Positions 45,967 through 47,242 of a stretch of 47,242 bases of DNA are shown one piece after another. Numbering within the stretch: the first letter of the stretch is position 1; each line of letters begins with the position of its first letter. The notes beneath the pieces are model-generated. The model saw only the letters and a program-made list of their open reading frames with translations, searched no databases and had not been told where the DNA came from. This DNA is from an uncultured bacterium (lineage in GTDB: Bacteria > Fidelibacterota > UBA2242): NCBI GenBank assembly GCA_964485745.1, contig CAZAKO010000003.1, forward strand, positions 8,562 through 55,803, read 5' to 3'. The translations under genes and the position numbers were made by a program.

Positions 45967-47219
45967 CACGCAACCCGCACCAGCATACAGATGATCCGGT
46001 CGTTCTCGGTTCTCTCGATGATGAAGTTCAGATTCTCATGACGAACAGCCATTTTGGGGCGCAGTGGCTCTTCCGTTAATCCATGGATGAACTCACCGAT
46101 TGTTCCCCCTGAACTGGGCGACAACGCCGTACCAAAGAGCTGATTAAAATCCTCCAGCTCCATGTTACCTTTTACCCGCCAGAGGGTATTACTCAACCTC
46201 TCCCAAACCTGATTCTTCTTCTCGAATTCATCGTAAATTTCACCGAAGATTTCCTCCAAAAGATCCTCGACGGTTACCAGACCAATAACTTGTTCATTGA
46301 CGTCGCAGACCAAAGCCAGCGAGATTTTGCGCTGTTGAAAAGCATGTAAAAGGTCATCCACTTTCCAGTCGCGAGGTACGAAAAACGGACGCCGCAGGAG
46401 TTTTTTTATATCAATCGCCTGCCCATCTTTGGCCCCGGCAAAAGCCCCCATCAGGTCGGTGGTGAAAAGTATACCTATAATCCGCTCGCGATCTGCGGCG
46501 TCGGATATTGGAATCCGGGAAAAATGACTCGCTTTGATATTGCCAATCAAGCGCTCAACGGGCGTATCAACAGATTGAGTGAACATCCGAGCCCGCGGCG
46601 TCATAACCTCCTCGACCCGCAGGTCGCCGAAATCAAAAACATTGTCAATTAAATCTTTTTCCCGTTCATCAATTACCCCTTCGATCTGGCTGTCTTCTAT
46701 AAGACTGCGGATTACGTCTTCGGTCAGGATATTTTCCCGACGTGCATAGGATTGCACAATCAGACCGACGATTGCGTCGGCTATCTGACGAATCATCCAG
46801 CGCAGAGGAGTCATCAATCGCATAAAAAGAAAGAGCGCCCCTCCTGCCCAACGCGCAAATCGCTCATTATAACGCGCGGCATAGGTTTTCGGAACGATTT
46901 CACCCACTAACAGGACCAGAGGCAATGCCACTAATAAATTGAGCCAAGGCTGACGTGTACCGGTTATCTGGATGATCATCAGTGTAAACAAAGCCGAGAT
47001 GGTGATGTTGACCAACTCATTACCCAATAGTAAAGTAATGATCAGTGCGCGGGGACGATCCAGTAACCGCCGGATGTATTTCGCCTTCGTGGGATGTTGC
47101 TGACGGAGCTTTTCCCGCTGTATTCGGGACAACGAGAACAAAGCCGTCTCGGAACCGGAGAAGAAGCCGCTGAATCCCAGTAAAATCACGATGGCTACTA
47201 TTTCGATCAAGATCAACAT
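45966..47219 (-). CDS. CNNM/CorC-family transporter (DUF21-CBS pair-CorC_HlyC), paralog
   Basis: 417 aa. DUF21 (GFFSGSETALFSLSRIQ), CBS pair (VMTPRARM..., IGLVTVEDLLEEIFGEI) and a CorC_HlyC tail (IGEFIHGLTEEPL). Confidence 0.88.
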   Translation of the reverse strand: MLILIEIVAIVILLGFSGFFSGSETALFSLSRIQREKLRQQHPTKAKYIRRLLDRPRALIITLLLGNELVNITISALFTLMIIQITGTRQPWLNLLVALPLVLLVGEIVPKTYAARYNERFARWAGGALFLFMRLMTPLRWMIRQIADAIVGLIVQSYARRENILTEDVIRSLIEDSQIEGVIDEREKDLIDNVFDFGDLRVEEVMTPRARMFTQSVDTPVERLIGNIKASHFSRIPISDAADRERIIGILFTTDLMGAFAGAKDGQAIDIKKLLRRPFFVPRDWKVDDLLHAFQQRKISLALVCDVNEQVIGLVTVEDLLEEIFGEIYDEFEKKNQVWERLSNTLWRVKGNMELEDFNQLFGTALSPSSGGTIGEFIHGLTEEPLRPKMAVRHENLNFIIERTENDRIICMLVRVA

Positions 47220-47242
47220 AACGTCAGTGAAAATTACAAATC

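Noticed and set aside
1-47242. Visual search for CRISPR repeats, long direct or inverted repeats, IS ends and toxin-antitoxin pairs
   Set aside because: None were noticed by eye. This was a manual scan, so short or degenerate repeats could have been missed; a self-dotplot would settle it.

Overview
This is a 47.2-kb, densely coding chromosomal window with about 40 CDS and 3 tRNAs. I saw no rRNA, CRISPR array, transposase, integrase, phage gene or recognisable defence gene.

Most of the content is housekeeping:
- Translation and tRNA: EF-G paralog, leuS, tadA, tRNA-Asn, tRNA-Gln, tRNA-Glu.
- Amino-acid and nucleotide metabolism: glnA, lysA, purL, serA, asnA, and an M20D amidohydrolase.
- DNA repair and recombination: uvrC, rmuC.
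- Envelope and sugar metabolism: dacB (PBP4), galE.
- Transport: a TetR-TolC-MFP-RND efflux operon, a TonB-dependent receptor, mntP, a sodium:alanine symporter, and two tandem CNNM/CorC-type genes.

Lineage: a type-A T9SS C-terminal sorting domain, a CarboxypepD_reg-fronted TonB receptor and a PEGA protein suggest an uncultured member of the FCB superphylum. The promoters I can read look sigma70-like (TTGACA-N17/18-TAnnAT) rather than Bacteroidia-like.

Verdict: I do not see a convincing self-contained novel system, and the window reads as an ordinary core-genome region. All function calls come from motif recognition by eye, with no database search. The leads worth a second look are:
1. A 1104-aa secreted protein fusing a glycan-binding-like module, a metallophosphoesterase, a PQQ-like propeller and a T9SS tail. 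It is translationally coupled to an IMPase-family gene.
2. An uncharacterised trio at 7376-11681: a lipoprotein-like gene, an output-less GAF-PAS-GAF sensor, and a divergent LpoB/CsgG-like-PEGA-beta-barrel protein.
3. An unannotated 57-aa five-cysteine ORF at 20591-20764.
4. TTGCAT-type inverted repeats in the glnA and TonB-receptor leaders.
5. An EF-G paralog whose NKxD box reads NLLD.
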